Positions 9,308-18,345 of a stretch of 32,000 nucleotides of DNA are shown here, piece after piece. Source of the DNA: an uncultured Alphaproteobacteria bacterium (GTDB lineage Bacteria > Pseudomonadota > Alphaproteobacteria > Rs-D84 > CACZYB01); the NCBI GenBank assembly GCA_934246625.1, contig CAKQHZ010000001.1, forward strand, positions 600,001-632,000, written 5' to 3'. Below the pieces are notes generated by a model. It saw nothing but the letters and a program-made list of their open reading frames with translations, did not search any database and was not told where the DNA came from. Every line of letters begins with the position of its first letter. The first letter of the stretch is position 1. A program made the translations under genes and the position numbers.

Positions 9308-10564
9308 TTATTTGATTTTGTTTTCTTTTCTTTTCTTTTCTTCTTTCTTTTTTGCTTTTTCTTCTTTCTTTTTTGCTTTTTCTTCTTCTTTTTTAGCTTT
9401 GTTTTCAGCTTTCTTTTCATTTATGCAGGTAGTCATCCAAGTTTCTTTGAATTTTTCAGTATGAGAGCTTCTTTCTTCTACAGTATATTGACTTTCATAT
9501 TCGCTTTCACAAGCCTTTGTCTTTGGTCCCCGAGTTTCTTGGATTGATTTTACCATACCATCTTTTTTATATTCATTGGTTGAATTTGTTCCAGTGAATA
9601 CAGATACTTGGTCAGTTATATGATCAGCAGCACCCTTTAGGATACCTTTTTCTTTGATTGCTTTTTCAAGACTTGAAGTTTTATCAACAAGAGCAAAATT
9701 TGTATCGTAAAGTTCTGTGTATCTGTCTGGACCACACATTACATTACCTGTTGATTTTAAAGAGTTCACAAGTTGAACAAGTTCACGTGGATATTCAGAT
9801 GTGGTATTTTCACTAAAATCTAAGTCTGCAAATTTGCCAGCTAGTGCGGTCCAATTCCAGTTGCTCATCTTTCCAACACTGCTGAAAATTTTTGTTAAAT
9901 CATTACCGTTTAAAGATGATGGGATTGTGCTATCATCTCCTGCAAGTTGTTTATAATAATTTCTTACAGCGTCAGTGTTGCAAGCATTTGTATCACGGTC
10001 TTCCCATGCGGCACCTTGATTTTTTGTGGCAAGAATATTTCTATAGCATGCTTCTGCTGCAAGTGAACGAGCAAGAGCCATATTACAATTTTGTTCATTA
10101 AGGTTTGCAACGGAGTCATAGCTGTTCCAAAGTTTATTTACTGCGGTTTCAATAAAGTTTGCACAGTATGTTGTTCTGTATGCTGATGGAATATCTGATG
10201 TGCCACTAAGATTTGCATCATCTGTGCCACTAAGATTTGCATCATCGAATTCCAAAATTGCGTAAGTTTCAGTTGCATTTTTACATTTGTTTGTGCCTGT
10301 GCATTGTTTCTTTAATGCATTTACTATCATTTTTGTGCATTCACGTTCGGCTTGCTTGTCTGTGATTGGAGCAATGCTTGTGTATGCAGTTTTTGATGCG
10401 ATTGTGTCAGCAATACTTGCATTCACAGTGGTTGTTGTTCCTGTGACATTTACATTTTGAGTTCCACGAGAACGTATAGAATTTGCACGTCTGTTTCTTG
10501 AGGCATAAGTATCACTTCCAAAAAGTGTTAGAATACTTGCTAAGACTGCTAATTGTTTTTTCAT
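9308..10564 (-). CDS. Secreted Cys-containing protein, paralog family member B, with K/E-repeat tail
   Basis: Signal peptide MKKQLAVLASILTLFGSDTYA, a basic stretch (SRNRRANSIRSRG) and a T-rich linker. Conserved module: YCANFIETAVNKLW ... YPRELVQLVN ... FALVDKTSSLEKAIKEKGILKG ... DQVSVFTG. The C-terminal tail is KAKKEEEKAKKKEEKAKKKEEKKRKENKIK. Confidence 0.7.
   Translation of the reverse strand: MKKQLAVLASILTLFGSDTYASRNRRANSIRSRGTQNVNVTGTTTTVNASIADTIASKTAYTSIAPITDKQAERECTKMIVNALKKQCTGTNKCKNATETYAILEFDDANLSGTDDANLSGTSDIPSAYRTTYCANFIETAVNKLWNSYDSVANLNEQNCNMALARSLAAEACYRNILATKNQGAAWEDRDTNACNTDAVRNYYKQLAGDDSTIPSSLNGNDLTKIFSSVGKMSNWNWTALAGKFADLDFSENTTSEYPRELVQLVNSLKSTGNVMCGPDRYTELYDTNFALVDKTSSLEKAIKEKGILKGAADHITDQVSVFTGTNSTNEYKKDGMVKSIQETRGPKTKACESEYESQYTVEERSSHTEKFKETWMTTCINEKKAENKAKKEEEKAKKKEEKAKKKEEKKRKENKIK
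9340..9381. repeat. Perfect 21-bp tandem repeat x2 (cttctttcttttttgcttttt) inside the K/E tail coding region
   Basis: 9340-9360 and 9361-9381 are identical. They are flanked by a (ttttc)x4 run at 9321-9340 and a degenerate third unit after 9382. Confidence 0.8.
10200..10247. repeat. 24-bp in-frame tandem duplication (encodes DDANLSGT twice)
   Basis: gtgccactaagatttgcatcatct (10200-10223) is followed by gtgccactaagatttgcatcatcg (10224-10247), 23/24 identical. Confidence 0.85.
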
Positions 10565-10582
10565 AATTTTCTCCTTAAACTT

Positions 10583-12055
10583 TTATTTTGTTATTTTTTC
10601 GTCTGTTATTGATACAGAAGTAGATTCATTTCCATTTAGCATAAGTTTTAAAACTGATGCAGGTAAATTCATATCTTCATTATAATTTACAGTGGAATAG
10701 CTGTAATCGTTTGTATTGTTTGTTAAATCAATAAATCTATAATTTTTAGATGTTGAAATAATTATGTATCGTCCTGTTGCAGGCTTTTTTGATACAATTA
10801 TATTTTTGATTGTGTCAGTTGTGATTTCATCATTGTCAAGTTCAAGTGTTTGAATGTTATCTCCAACTTTTACATCGGCGTCCTTTGTCCCGCCAACAAT
10901 ACCTTCACGTTTGATTTTGTTAATTGTATTTTCACCCATAAATACTGATGCTTGGTTCATAGCCCAGTCAGATGCACCCTTTATGCTTCCACTTTCATCA
11001 ATAGAACGTTGAAGTGAAGATTTTTCAGATAAAAGTTGTATGTTTTCGTCGTGTAGGGTTGCGCTGTATTCACTTCCACAATTTATTGAAACTTGGTTTA
11101 AGTAGGTGTTGTTTATTTTTGTAATATCACGTTCCCATTCGTCGGTTTTATCTGTGATTTTTCCATCAAGCCATTTGCCGACAAGGTCAACACCATTTGC
11201 AACACCTGATTTTCCAGCATTTACATATAAATCAGGAAGGTTTGAAGGAAATTGTATATTTGATGGAGCATTTGTTCCAAAAAGTTTTTCGTATTGTGCG
11301 TTGATTCCTCCAACACCACAAGTATTGTTTAAATCACCTCTTATTGCATTAGTTGCACCTGCAGCCTTTCCAGTTGATATTACAAGAGCAAAACATTCAG
11401 AAGAGGCATTTGCAACGGCACGAGCCTTTTTACAAGCGATTGAGTTTGAACCAGTTATTTCATATTCGGTTGCGATAGATTTCATAAAATCTTCGGTATA
11501 ACTATAGCAAACATCATCATATTTATATGACTTGCCATTTGTAAAGATGTGTAATTTGCTTGTATCGAATAGTGCAAAAAGTTCGTTGGCATCATAGCAT
11601 TTATATTCGTCGTTATTGTCGCCACCCTTTCCGTTATGAGCAAAAGAGTCTTCGCATCCTGCAGATACTGCCTTTATAAGGACATTTCCACATTCCTTTT
11701 TAAGTGCAATAATTGTATTTGTATTTTTAGCTATACATTTTGTTTTATCATCAGGATTTACGACAAGATTATTGTCTTCGCAAATACAATTATTTTTTGA
11801 ATCCTTTTTTTGACCAGTAGGGCATGAAAATGGACCTATGTCTGTTTTACCGCTGTTAAGACAATTTAAGTCCCCAGGGTTTGCACATTTTTTTATTATT
11901 GTTTTTGAAGTAACCAACCCAATAGAATTTTTTTTATCAACAGCTTTTGCAGAAGCCTGTTTCATAGCACGTTCACGACGTGCAGAAAATGAAATATTTG
12001 GAAGTGTTAGTAAAACACTAATCAATGCAATTTTGTTTATATTTTTATTTTTCAT
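10583..12055 (-). CDS. Secreted Cys-containing protein, paralog family member C
   Basis: I prefer the ATG at 12055 (MKNKNINKIALISVLLTLPNISFSA, preceded by AAAGGAA) over the track start at 12112. A basic stretch RRERAMK follows. Family module: CYSYTEDFMKSI ... CGSEYSATLHDENIQLLSEKSSLQRSIDESGSIKGASDWAMNQASVFMGE. Confidence 0.7.
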   Translation of the reverse strand: MKNKNINKIALISVLLTLPNISFSARRERAMKQASAKAVDKKNSIGLVTSKTIIKKCANPGDLNCLNSGKTDIGPFSCPTGQKKDSKNNCICEDNNLVVNPDDKTKCIAKNTNTIIALKKECGNVLIKAVSAGCEDSFAHNGKGGDNNDEYKCYDANELFALFDTSKLHIFTNGKSYKYDDVCYSYTEDFMKSIATEYEITGSNSIACKKARAVANASSECFALVISTGKAAGATNAIRGDLNNTCGVGGINAQYEKLFGTNAPSNIQFPSNLPDLYVNAGKSGVANGVDLVGKWLDGKITDKTDEWERDITKINNTYLNQVSINCGSEYSATLHDENIQLLSEKSSLQRSIDESGSIKGASDWAMNQASVFMGENTINKIKREGIVGGTKDADVKVGDNIQTLELDNDEITTDTIKNIIVSKKPATGRYIIISTSKNYRFIDLTNNTNDYSYSTVNYNEDMNLPASVLKLMLNGNESTSVSITDEKITK

Positions 12056-12232
12056 TTCCTTTAATCTCTCTATAATATCTTTTAATATAACATTTTTTTT
12101 GACTTTAATCAAATAAAATAATTATTTTTCTTTTTTTGGAATAAAAACTTGATATTTTATAAAAATAGAGGTAAAACTATAGACAATTTGTAAATTAAAG
12201 ACTTTTAAAACATAAAAATATAGGAGTTTATT

Positions 12233-12817
12233 ATGGTTGGTAAAATTTTAATGCCTAAGGCAACAGCAGTTTGGTTGATTGATAATACAGCACTTACTTT
12301 TGAACAAATAGCTGATTTTTGTGGTATGCATACATTGGAAGTTCAGGCTTTGGCAGATAGAGAATCAACAGATTATATCGTTGGTTTAAGTCCTATATTA
12401 AATGGTATGCTTTCAAAAGAAGATATTGAAAAATGTGAAGCTGACCCAAATGCTCGTCTTGTTTTGAATAAGCATTCAGAAGAATTTATCAAAAAAAGTC
12501 ATGAAGTAAAATCAAGATATACTCCTATGGCTCACAGACAAAACAGACCAGATGCTATTTTGTGGCTTGTTAAAAATCACCCTGATATTTCAGATGCTCA
12601 AATTTGCAAACTTGTAAGAACAACAAAAGCAACAGTTCAATCTATTCGTGAAAGAACACATAAAAATATGGCTGAAATAGTTGCAAGAAATCCTGTGCTT
12701 TTGGGAATTTGTTCTGAATTTGATTTAAGTAAAGCTATTGAAGAATCTGAAAAGAAAGCTGTTTTGGCTGAAAAAAGATTAAAGAAGGCACAAGAAAAAG
12801 CACAAAAAGAAGGTTAA
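12233..12817 (+). CDS. DUF1013-family protein (annotated in alphaproteobacteria as cell-cycle transcriptional regulator TrcR, from memory)
   Basis: LMPKATAVWLIDNTALTFEQIADFCGMHTLEVQALAD matches my recollection of the highly conserved DUF1013 N-terminus. TAGGAG RBS lies before the ATG at 12233. Confidence 0.75.
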   Translation: MVGKILMPKATAVWLIDNTALTFEQIADFCGMHTLEVQALADRESTDYIVGLSPILNGMLSKEDIEKCEADPNARLVLNKHSEEFIKKSHEVKSRYTPMAHRQNRPDAILWLVKNHPDISDAQICKLVRTTKATVQSIRERTHKNMAEIVARNPVLLGICSEFDLSKAIEESEKKAVLAEKRLKKAQEKAQKEG

Positions 12818-12840
12818 TTCTTTCTTTTTGTTAAAATAAA

Positions 12841-12869
12841 TTGACTTTTGTCATAAATTACATTATATA
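12841..12869 (+). promoter_or_regulatory. Candidate sigma-70 promoter for rpoD
   Basis: TTGACT (12841-12846), 17-nt spacer, TATATA (12864-12869), about 45 nt upstream of the GTG start. Confidence 0.4.
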
Positions 12870-12914
12870 TTTTTGTAATTAGTTGATTTTAACCTTAAAA
12901 AATGAGGTAAAGTT

Positions 12915-14996
12915 GTGTTCTTTAGGAAAAAATCTGTTGGCGAATTAGAGCAAAATAATTTGAAAGAAAATCAAACATTAAATAATAATGATAATATCCA
13001 CGATGCTGGGTCTGATTTTTTGTTATCAAGTCTTTCTGAAAATCTTAGAAAACTTATAAAAAAGGTAAAAAATACAGGTGTTGTTTCAAAAGTAATGGTT
13101 GAACGTGCCGCTGAAATGGATGGGCTTAGTGCTGAAGAAACTGAAGATGCTTTAATCCTTATTTCTGAAATCGGTGTTAATGTAAAGGAAGAATATGATG
13201 AAGGTGAAGAACTTTCTTTGGGTGAAGATATGTCTTCTGATGACGATATTGATTTAGATGAAGATGAGGAAGAAGATGATGATGGTGAAATTTATGGCGT
13301 AAGCAAATCAAAAATTGAACATAACACTGCATTAAAAGAATTTTTATCTACACATCAAGAAGATGAAGAATTTCAAGCTATTGACAGCAGAAGTAGCGAT
13401 CCTGTGCGTAATTATTTACGTGCAATGGGAAGTATTGAACTTTTTTCTCGTGCTGGTGAAATTGCGATTGCTAAACGTATAGAAGCAGGAAGAAAACTTA
13501 TGATTGAAGGACTTTGTGATAGTCCTATGACAGTTAAAAAAATTCTTGGCTGGTATAATGATTTGGTAAAGGGTGAAATGCAACTTCGCGATATTATCAA
13601 CCTTGATTTGATGTATGGCGATATTTATATGGATAAGGAATTTTCTGATGAAGTGATGGACGCTGAAGAAGAAAATGACAATGTTGATGCCGATGAGGAA
13701 GGTTTAGAAGATGGTGAATTTTATGAAGATACCTCATCTGTTTCTGTTGCAGCAATGGAAGAATCTTTGATGCCAACAGTGGTTGATACATTCGAAAATA
13801 TCAAAAAGATTTATTCAAAAATTGAAAAATTGGAAGCAAAGAAAAATACTCTTAAGACAAAGGCTGAAATAACTGCTTCTAATGAAAAATATTCAAAACT
13901 TTATTTCGAATTAGTTTCTTATATGGCTACAATCAAACTTAATGATGTAAAGATTGCAGAAGTTATGGATGAAATGGTTGAAAAAAATCGCAAACTTCTT
14001 AGTCTTGAAGGAAAACTTTTAAGATTGGCTGAAAATTCAAGAATTAAACGTGAAGACTTTATTGAAAAATATAGTGAAACTGGTTTGACAGAGGCTTGGA
14101 TTAAAAAGATTTCAAAAATTTCATCAAAGGATTGGAAACGTTTTACAACTGTTCATATTGATGAAATTTACAGAATAAAAGGTGAAATGGATAAAATTTC
14201 TGCGGAAACAGGGCTTCCTATCAATGAATATAAAACTGTTGTTGAAGTTGTAAGAAAGGGTGAAAAGGAAGAATCTCGTGCAAAGAAAGAAATGATTGAA
14301 GCTAATCTTCGTTTGGTTATTTCTATTGCAAAAAAATATACAAATCGAGGACTTCAATTCTTGGATTTGGTTCAGGAAGGTAATATCGGCCTTATGAAAG
14401 CAGTTGATAAATTTGAATACAGACGTGGTTATAAATTTTCAACTTATGCAACATGGTGGATAAGACAGGCTATTACTCGTTCTATTGCTGATCAGGCAAG
14501 AACTATACGTATTCCTGTTCATATGATTGAAACAATTACAAAGTTGAAAAAAACTTCTCGTCTTATGATGCAAGATATGGGACGTGAACCTACACCAGAA
14601 GAATTGGCAAAAAAAATTGGTATGCCAATGGAAAAGGTTCGTAAAGTTCTTCGTATTGCAAAATCTCCTATATCACTTGAAACAACTGTGGGTGATGATG
14701 AGGATACTTCATTTAGAGATTTTATTGAAGATAAGAATGTTGTGAAACCTTTAGATGCTGTTGTAAATAGTAATCTTCGCGAAATTACTTCTCAGGTGCT
14801 TTCAACACTTACTCCTCGTGAAGAAAGAGTTCTTCGTATGCGTTTCGGTATTGGTATGAATAGCGACCATACTTTGGAAGAGGTTGGTAAGCAATTTTCT
14901 GTTACTCGTGAACGTATTAGACAGATTGAAGCAAAGGCCCTTAGAAAACTTAAACACCCAACAAGGGCGAAAAAACTTAAAACATTTATTGAGTAA
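12915..14996 (+). CDS. rpoD: RNA polymerase primary sigma factor RpoD with long acidic N-terminal/non-conserved region
   Basis: Region 2 ([27 protein letters not shown]), region 3, and region 4.2 ([27 protein letters not shown]) are present. The start is GTG. Acidic DE-rich inserts occur near aa 95-125 and 240-270. Confidence 0.95.
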   Translation: MFFRKKSVGELEQNNLKENQTLNNNDNIHDAGSDFLLSSLSENLRKLIKKVKNTGVVSKVMVERAAEMDGLSAEETEDALILISEIGVNVKEEYDEGEELSLGEDMSSDDDIDLDEDEEEDDDGEIYGVSKSKIEHNTALKEFLSTHQEDEEFQAIDSRSSDPVRNYLRAMGSIELFSRAGEIAIAKRIEAGRKLMIEGLCDSPMTVKKILGWYNDLVKGEMQLRDIINLDLMYGDIYMDKEFSDEVMDAEEENDNVDADEEGLEDGEFYEDTSSVSVAAMEESLMPTVVDTFENIKKIYSKIEKLEAKKNTLKTKAEITASNEKYSKLYFELVSYMATIKLNDVKIAEVMDEMVEKNRKLLSLEGKLLRLAENSRIKREDFIEKYSETGLTEAWIKKISKISSKDWKRFTTVHIDEIYRIKGEMDKISAETGLPINEYKTVVEVVRKGEKEESRAKKEMIEANLRLVISIAKKYTNRGLQFLDLVQEGNIGLMKAVDKFEYRRGYKFSTYATWWIRQAITRSIADQARTIRIPVHMIETITKLKKTSRLMMQDMGREPTPEELAKKIGMPMEKVRKVLRIAKSPISLETTVGDDEDTSFRDFIEDKNVVKPLDAVVNSNLREITSQVLSTLTPREERVLRMRFGIGMNSDHTLEEVGKQFSVTRERIRQIEAKALRKLKHPTRAKKLKTFIE

Positions 14997-14997
14997 G

Positions 14998-15023
14998 AAA
15001 GCCTCCGTTTGGAGGTTTTTTTA
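14998..15023 (+). terminator. Intrinsic terminator after rpoD
   Basis: aaaGCCTCC-gttt-GGAGGt followed by a T-run (15016-22). Confidence 0.7.
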
Positions 15024-15094
15024 TTACTTTTTTCTTGACTTTAGACATAAATTTATTATTATGTCCATAATTTAATTTTATATAAGGAGTAAAA

Positions 15095-15769
15095 ATGCGT
15101 AAGCCTTTATCTAAAAAAGAACAACGAGAAGTTTGTGAATTTGTAAAAAATGAATTGGTAAATGGTAAAATCCTTAAGGATATTCTTTCAGAAATAACTG
15201 AAACTAAAGGTATTTCTTCTTCTGAAGTATATTCTTGGAATAAAAAGTTTGGTATGATTTTTGAAAATAACAGTTTTTCAGATGAAGAACGACTTTGTGC
15301 TTTGGAAATGGTTGTTGAAAAAATGTTGTTTGGTATTTTACTTTCCGTTGCCGTTAATGATGTTGCAAAAAAGTTTGATATTGATAAGCGTACTATTTAT
15401 AAATGGAATAGAAAGTTTAAAATTTTTGAAACTTCAAAAAAATTTAGTATTGATGAAAAAAAGGTTATTTGTGAAGAAATTAAGGATATGATAATTGCTG
15501 GTGCACCAACATCTTATGCAGTTAGTGTTTATGCTGAAGATTTAGGAATTACAGTAAAAAGTATTTATAATTGGAATCAAAATTTTCATATTTTTGAAGT
15601 GCGTGATTATTCCAAACGTAAATCTTCTTTTTCCTCTGAATTTATTAAAATGGTTGTAAATGAGGCTATTATTGTAGGAAAAGGTGAAGAAAAGATAAAT
15701 GCAATTGCAAAGAAATATAATATATCTCCAACTACTGTGTATAAATGGAGAAGAGATTTTCAAAGATAG
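15095..15769 (+). CDS. Protein made of four tandem transposase-type helix-turn-helix repeats, no catalytic domain
   Basis: Four units of about 55 aa end in SSEVYSWNKKFGMIFE, KRTIYKWNRKFKIFE, VKSIYNWNQNFHIFE and PTTVYKWRRDFQR. Each is preceded by an FS..E...(I/V) helix, as in IS3-type OrfA N-termini. AAGGAG RBS is present. Confidence 0.6.
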   Translation: MRKPLSKKEQREVCEFVKNELVNGKILKDILSEITETKGISSSEVYSWNKKFGMIFENNSFSDEERLCALEMVVEKMLFGILLSVAVNDVAKKFDIDKRTIYKWNRKFKIFETSKKFSIDEKKVICEEIKDMIIAGAPTSYAVSVYAEDLGITVKSIYNWNQNFHIFEVRDYSKRKSSFSSEFIKMVVNEAIIVGKGEEKINAIAKKYNISPTTVYKWRRDFQR

Positions 15770-15838
15770 TCTTTTTGCTTGAAAATTTAGTTGCTTTGGT
15801 TTATATTGCTATTGCTTATTAACTAAAAGGAGTTTTTT

Positions 15839-17098
15839 ATGAGACGTGTTGTTATTACAGGTTTAGGAATTGTAAGTCCTCTTGGTCGTGGTTTGAAATA
15901 TAACTGGGAAGAAGGACTTTTGAAATCAAAATGTGGTATTAAAAAAATTCCATACTTTGATACTGAAAATTTTGCTGTGAAAATTGCTGGTATCGTTCCT
16001 CATGGTAAGGGTGAAGGCGAATTTGATGCAGAATCTGTTATACCTGTTAAAGATATTAAAAAAATGGATTTGTTTATTCAATATGCGATTGCTGCTGCAA
16101 CAGATGCTGTTGAAGATGCAAATTGGAAACCAGAAAGTGAAGAAGAAAAATTAAGAACTGGTGTTATGATTGGTTCTGGTATTGGTGGTTTGGGAACAAT
16201 TTATGAAACTGCAAAGGGTATGATTGAAAAGAATACTTCAAAGGTTTCTCCTTTCTTTATTCCTGCTTCCCTTATAAACCTTGCTTCTGGTCAAGTTTCA
16301 ATTAAATATGGATTTAAGGGTCCAAACCATGCAGTTGTTACTGCTTGTGCAACTGGAACCCATGCTATTGGTGATGCCGTAAGAATTATTGCTTTGGGTG
16401 ATGCTGATGTTATGATTGCTGGTGGTGCGGAAGCTGCTGTAAATCCTATTGGTGTTGCTGGCTTTAGTGCTGCTAAGGCTTTGTGTTCAACATATAATGA
16501 TGAACCTGAAAAGGCAAGTAGACCTTGGGATAAAAACCGCGGTGGTTTCGTTATGGCAGAAGGTTCAGGTGTTCTTGTTTTGGAAGAATATGAACATGCA
16601 AAGGCTCGTGGTGCAAAAATTTATGCTGAAGTTATTGGTTATGGTATGAGTGGTGATGCTTATCATATAACTGCTCCTGCTTCTGATGGTAATGGTGGAG
16701 AACGTGCTATGCGTGCGGCTCTTAAAAATGCTGGAATTAAACCAGAAGATGTTGACTATATCAATGCTCATGGAACTGCTACAATGGGTGATATGCTTGA
16801 ATTTGGTGCAGTAAAAAGAGTATTTGAAAATTGTTTAGATAAGGTTTCAATGTCATCAACAAAGTCTTGTGTTGGACATTTGCTTGGGGCTGCTGGTGCT
16901 GTGGAAGCTATATTCTGCACACTCGCAATTCGTGATCAAATTGTGCCTCCTACAATAAATCTTGATGATCCAGAAGAAGAAACAAAGTGTATGGATTTGG
17001 TTCCTCATGTTGCAAAGAAAAGAAAGGTTGATATTGCCCTTTCAAATTCATTTGGTTTCGGTGGAACAAATGCAACAGTTATTTTGAAAAAGATTTAA
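15839..17098 (+). CDS. fabF: 3-oxoacyl-ACP synthase II (KAS II)
   Basis: MRRVVITGLGIVSPLG start, active-site Cys in ACATGTHAIG, His motifs NAHGTAT and GHLLGAAG, and a C-terminal NSFGFGGTNA. Confidence 0.9.
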   Translation: MRRVVITGLGIVSPLGRGLKYNWEEGLLKSKCGIKKIPYFDTENFAVKIAGIVPHGKGEGEFDAESVIPVKDIKKMDLFIQYAIAAATDAVEDANWKPESEEEKLRTGVMIGSGIGGLGTIYETAKGMIEKNTSKVSPFFIPASLINLASGQVSIKYGFKGPNHAVVTACATGTHAIGDAVRIIALGDADVMIAGGAEAAVNPIGVAGFSAAKALCSTYNDEPEKASRPWDKNRGGFVMAEGSGVLVLEEYEHAKARGAKIYAEVIGYGMSGDAYHITAPASDGNGGERAMRAALKNAGIKPEDVDYINAHGTATMGDMLEFGAVKRVFENCLDKVSMSSTKSCVGHLLGAAGAVEAIFCTLAIRDQIVPPTINLDDPEEETKCMDLVPHVAKKRKVDIALSNSFGFGGTNATVILKKI

Positions 17099-17117
17099 TA
17101 AAAGTTTTTTTCGTTTT

Positions 17118-17143
17118 AAGCCTCCCTTTTGGGAGGTTTTTTA
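17118..17143 (+). terminator. Intrinsic terminator after fabF
   Basis: aagCCTCCC-tttt-GGGAGG followed by tttttt. Confidence 0.7.
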
Positions 17144-17193
17144 TTGTAAAAATTTCATATTTTGATATACTGTTTTTGGTCGAGGATTTAATT

Positions 17194-18153
17194 ATGAAAA
17201 AGAATTTCTTTATTGGTGTTTTTGTTGCTGGGATTGTTTCAATCATTTCCTTTTTTATGTATATTTATTTTTTCCCTGTGAATAAAAAACAAATGGTGGT
17301 GGAGCTTTCTACTGGTGATAGACTTTCTTTGGTTGCACAAAGATTTTATGATGATGAAATTATCAATTCAAAGTTTTGGTTTAAGGTTTTTATGTATCTT
17401 TCTTGGAACCAAAACAATTTGAAATTTGGTGAGTATGAAATTCCCGCTGGTGCAACACTTAATCAGATAAAAAATATTATTACTAGTGGTCGTATGTATA
17501 ATAAATTTATTACTATTCCAGAGGGAATGACCGTGAAACAAATTTATGAAATTTTGGATTCGCGAGAAGATTTGAGTGGAAAAATTTCTGTGAATGTAGA
17601 GGAAGGGAGGCTTCTTCCTCAAACATACGCATATAACAAAATGATTTCAAAAGATGATGTGATTTTGAAAATGAAAGATGCGATGGATAGGGCTTTGAAC
17701 GAAGAATGGGAAAAGCGTCAAGAAGGTCTTCCTTTTAAGGATAAGCGAGAGGCTCTTATCCTTGCATCAATAGTGGAAAAGGAAACTGGGGTGCCAGAAG
17801 AACGTGGTTTGGTTGCCTCTGTTTTTATTAACAGACTTAACAATAATTGGCGACTTCAAAGTGATCCTACGGTTGTTTATACTTTGACGAATAAGTATGG
17901 GAATATGATGGGGCGAAAACTTTATAAAAAGGATTTGGAAAAAGAAACTCCTTATAATACATATAGAATAAAGGGATTGCCAGTTGGGGCGATTTCGAAT
18001 CCTGGGATTGAAAGTATAAGGGCTGTGCTTAATCCCCCTAAGACAGATTATTTTTATTTTGTGGCTGATGGAAGTGGTGGACATAAGTTTGCAACTTCAC
18101 TTGAGGAGCATGAAAAAAATAGGCAAGAATGGAAAAAAATAAGAGATAATTAA
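17194..18153 (+). CDS. mltG: Endolytic murein transglycosylase MltG (YceG family)
   Basis: N-terminal TM anchor, LysM-like region, and the LASIVEKE catalytic-Glu motif plus QSDPTV/YNTY motifs of YceG. I prefer the ATG at 17194 over the track TTG at 17176. Confidence 0.85.
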   Translation: MKKNFFIGVFVAGIVSIISFFMYIYFFPVNKKQMVVELSTGDRLSLVAQRFYDDEIINSKFWFKVFMYLSWNQNNLKFGEYEIPAGATLNQIKNIITSGRMYNKFITIPEGMTVKQIYEILDSREDLSGKISVNVEEGRLLPQTYAYNKMISKDDVILKMKDAMDRALNEEWEKRQEGLPFKDKREALILASIVEKETGVPEERGLVASVFINRLNNNWRLQSDPTVVYTLTNKYGNMMGRKLYKKDLEKETPYNTYRIKGLPVGAISNPGIESIRAVLNPPKTDYFYFVADGSGGHKFATSLEEHEKNRQEWKKIRDN

Positions 18154-18180
18154 ATTTTTTAAAATTTTTATAAAAAATAC

Positions 18181-18209
18181 TTGACTATATAATTTTTTAT
18201 AGTATTATT
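18181..18209 (+). promoter_or_regulatory. Candidate sigma-70 promoter for tRNA-Lys
   Basis: TTGACT (18181-18186), 17-nt spacer, TATTAT (18204-18209), about 25 nt upstream of the tRNA 5' end. Confidence 0.5.
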
Positions 18210-18233
18210 TATTTCCATAAAGCGTATTGCTTT

Positions 18234-18309
18234 GGGTGTTTAGCTCAGCTGGTAGAGCAACTGACTTTTAATCAGTGGGTCACAGGTTCAAGTCCTGTAA
18301 CACCCACCA
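18234..18309 (+). tRNA. tRNA-Lys (anticodon UUU), CCA encoded
   Basis: Hand-folded cloverleaf. Acceptor GGGTGTT/AACACCC, D arm GCTC-AGCTGGTA-GAGC, anticodon arm ACTGA-CTTTTAA-TCAGT (anticodon TTT), variable loop GGGTC, T arm ACAGG-TTCAAGT-CCTGT, discriminator A, then CCA. Confidence 0.9.
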
Positions 18310-18343
18310 AAAATCAAAAGGCTTCCGAAAGGGAGCTTTTTTT
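18301..18343 (+). repeat. Direct repeat copy 1 (tRNA-Lys 3' end plus terminator)
   Basis: cacccaccaaaaatcaaaaggcttccgaaagggagcttttttt. The 27-nt core aaaaggcttccgaaagggagctttttt is identical at 18316-18342, 24422-24448 and 31940-31966. Confidence 0.9.
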
Positions 18344-18345
18344 AT
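18318..18345 (+). terminator. Intrinsic terminator after tRNA-Lys (also the core of the thrice-repeated att-like sequence)
   Basis: aaaGGCTTCC-gaaa-GGGAGCttttttt. Stem with one G-T pair, GNRA loop, 7-T run. Confidence 0.7.

Noticed and set aside
9251-9547. 98-aa Phe-rich plus-strand ORF (FFFLFCFFFFLF...)
   Set aside because: It is the antisense reading of the K/E-repeat tail of the minus-strand gene 9308..10564. Its low-complexity poly-Phe sequence is an artefact of the polypurine/polypyrimidine repeat. It also starts inside the minus-strand terminator.
14884-15075. 63-aa plus-strand ORF overlapping the rpoD 3' end
   Set aside because: It is out of frame within rpoD region 4 and reads through the rpoD terminator hairpin, so it is not credible.
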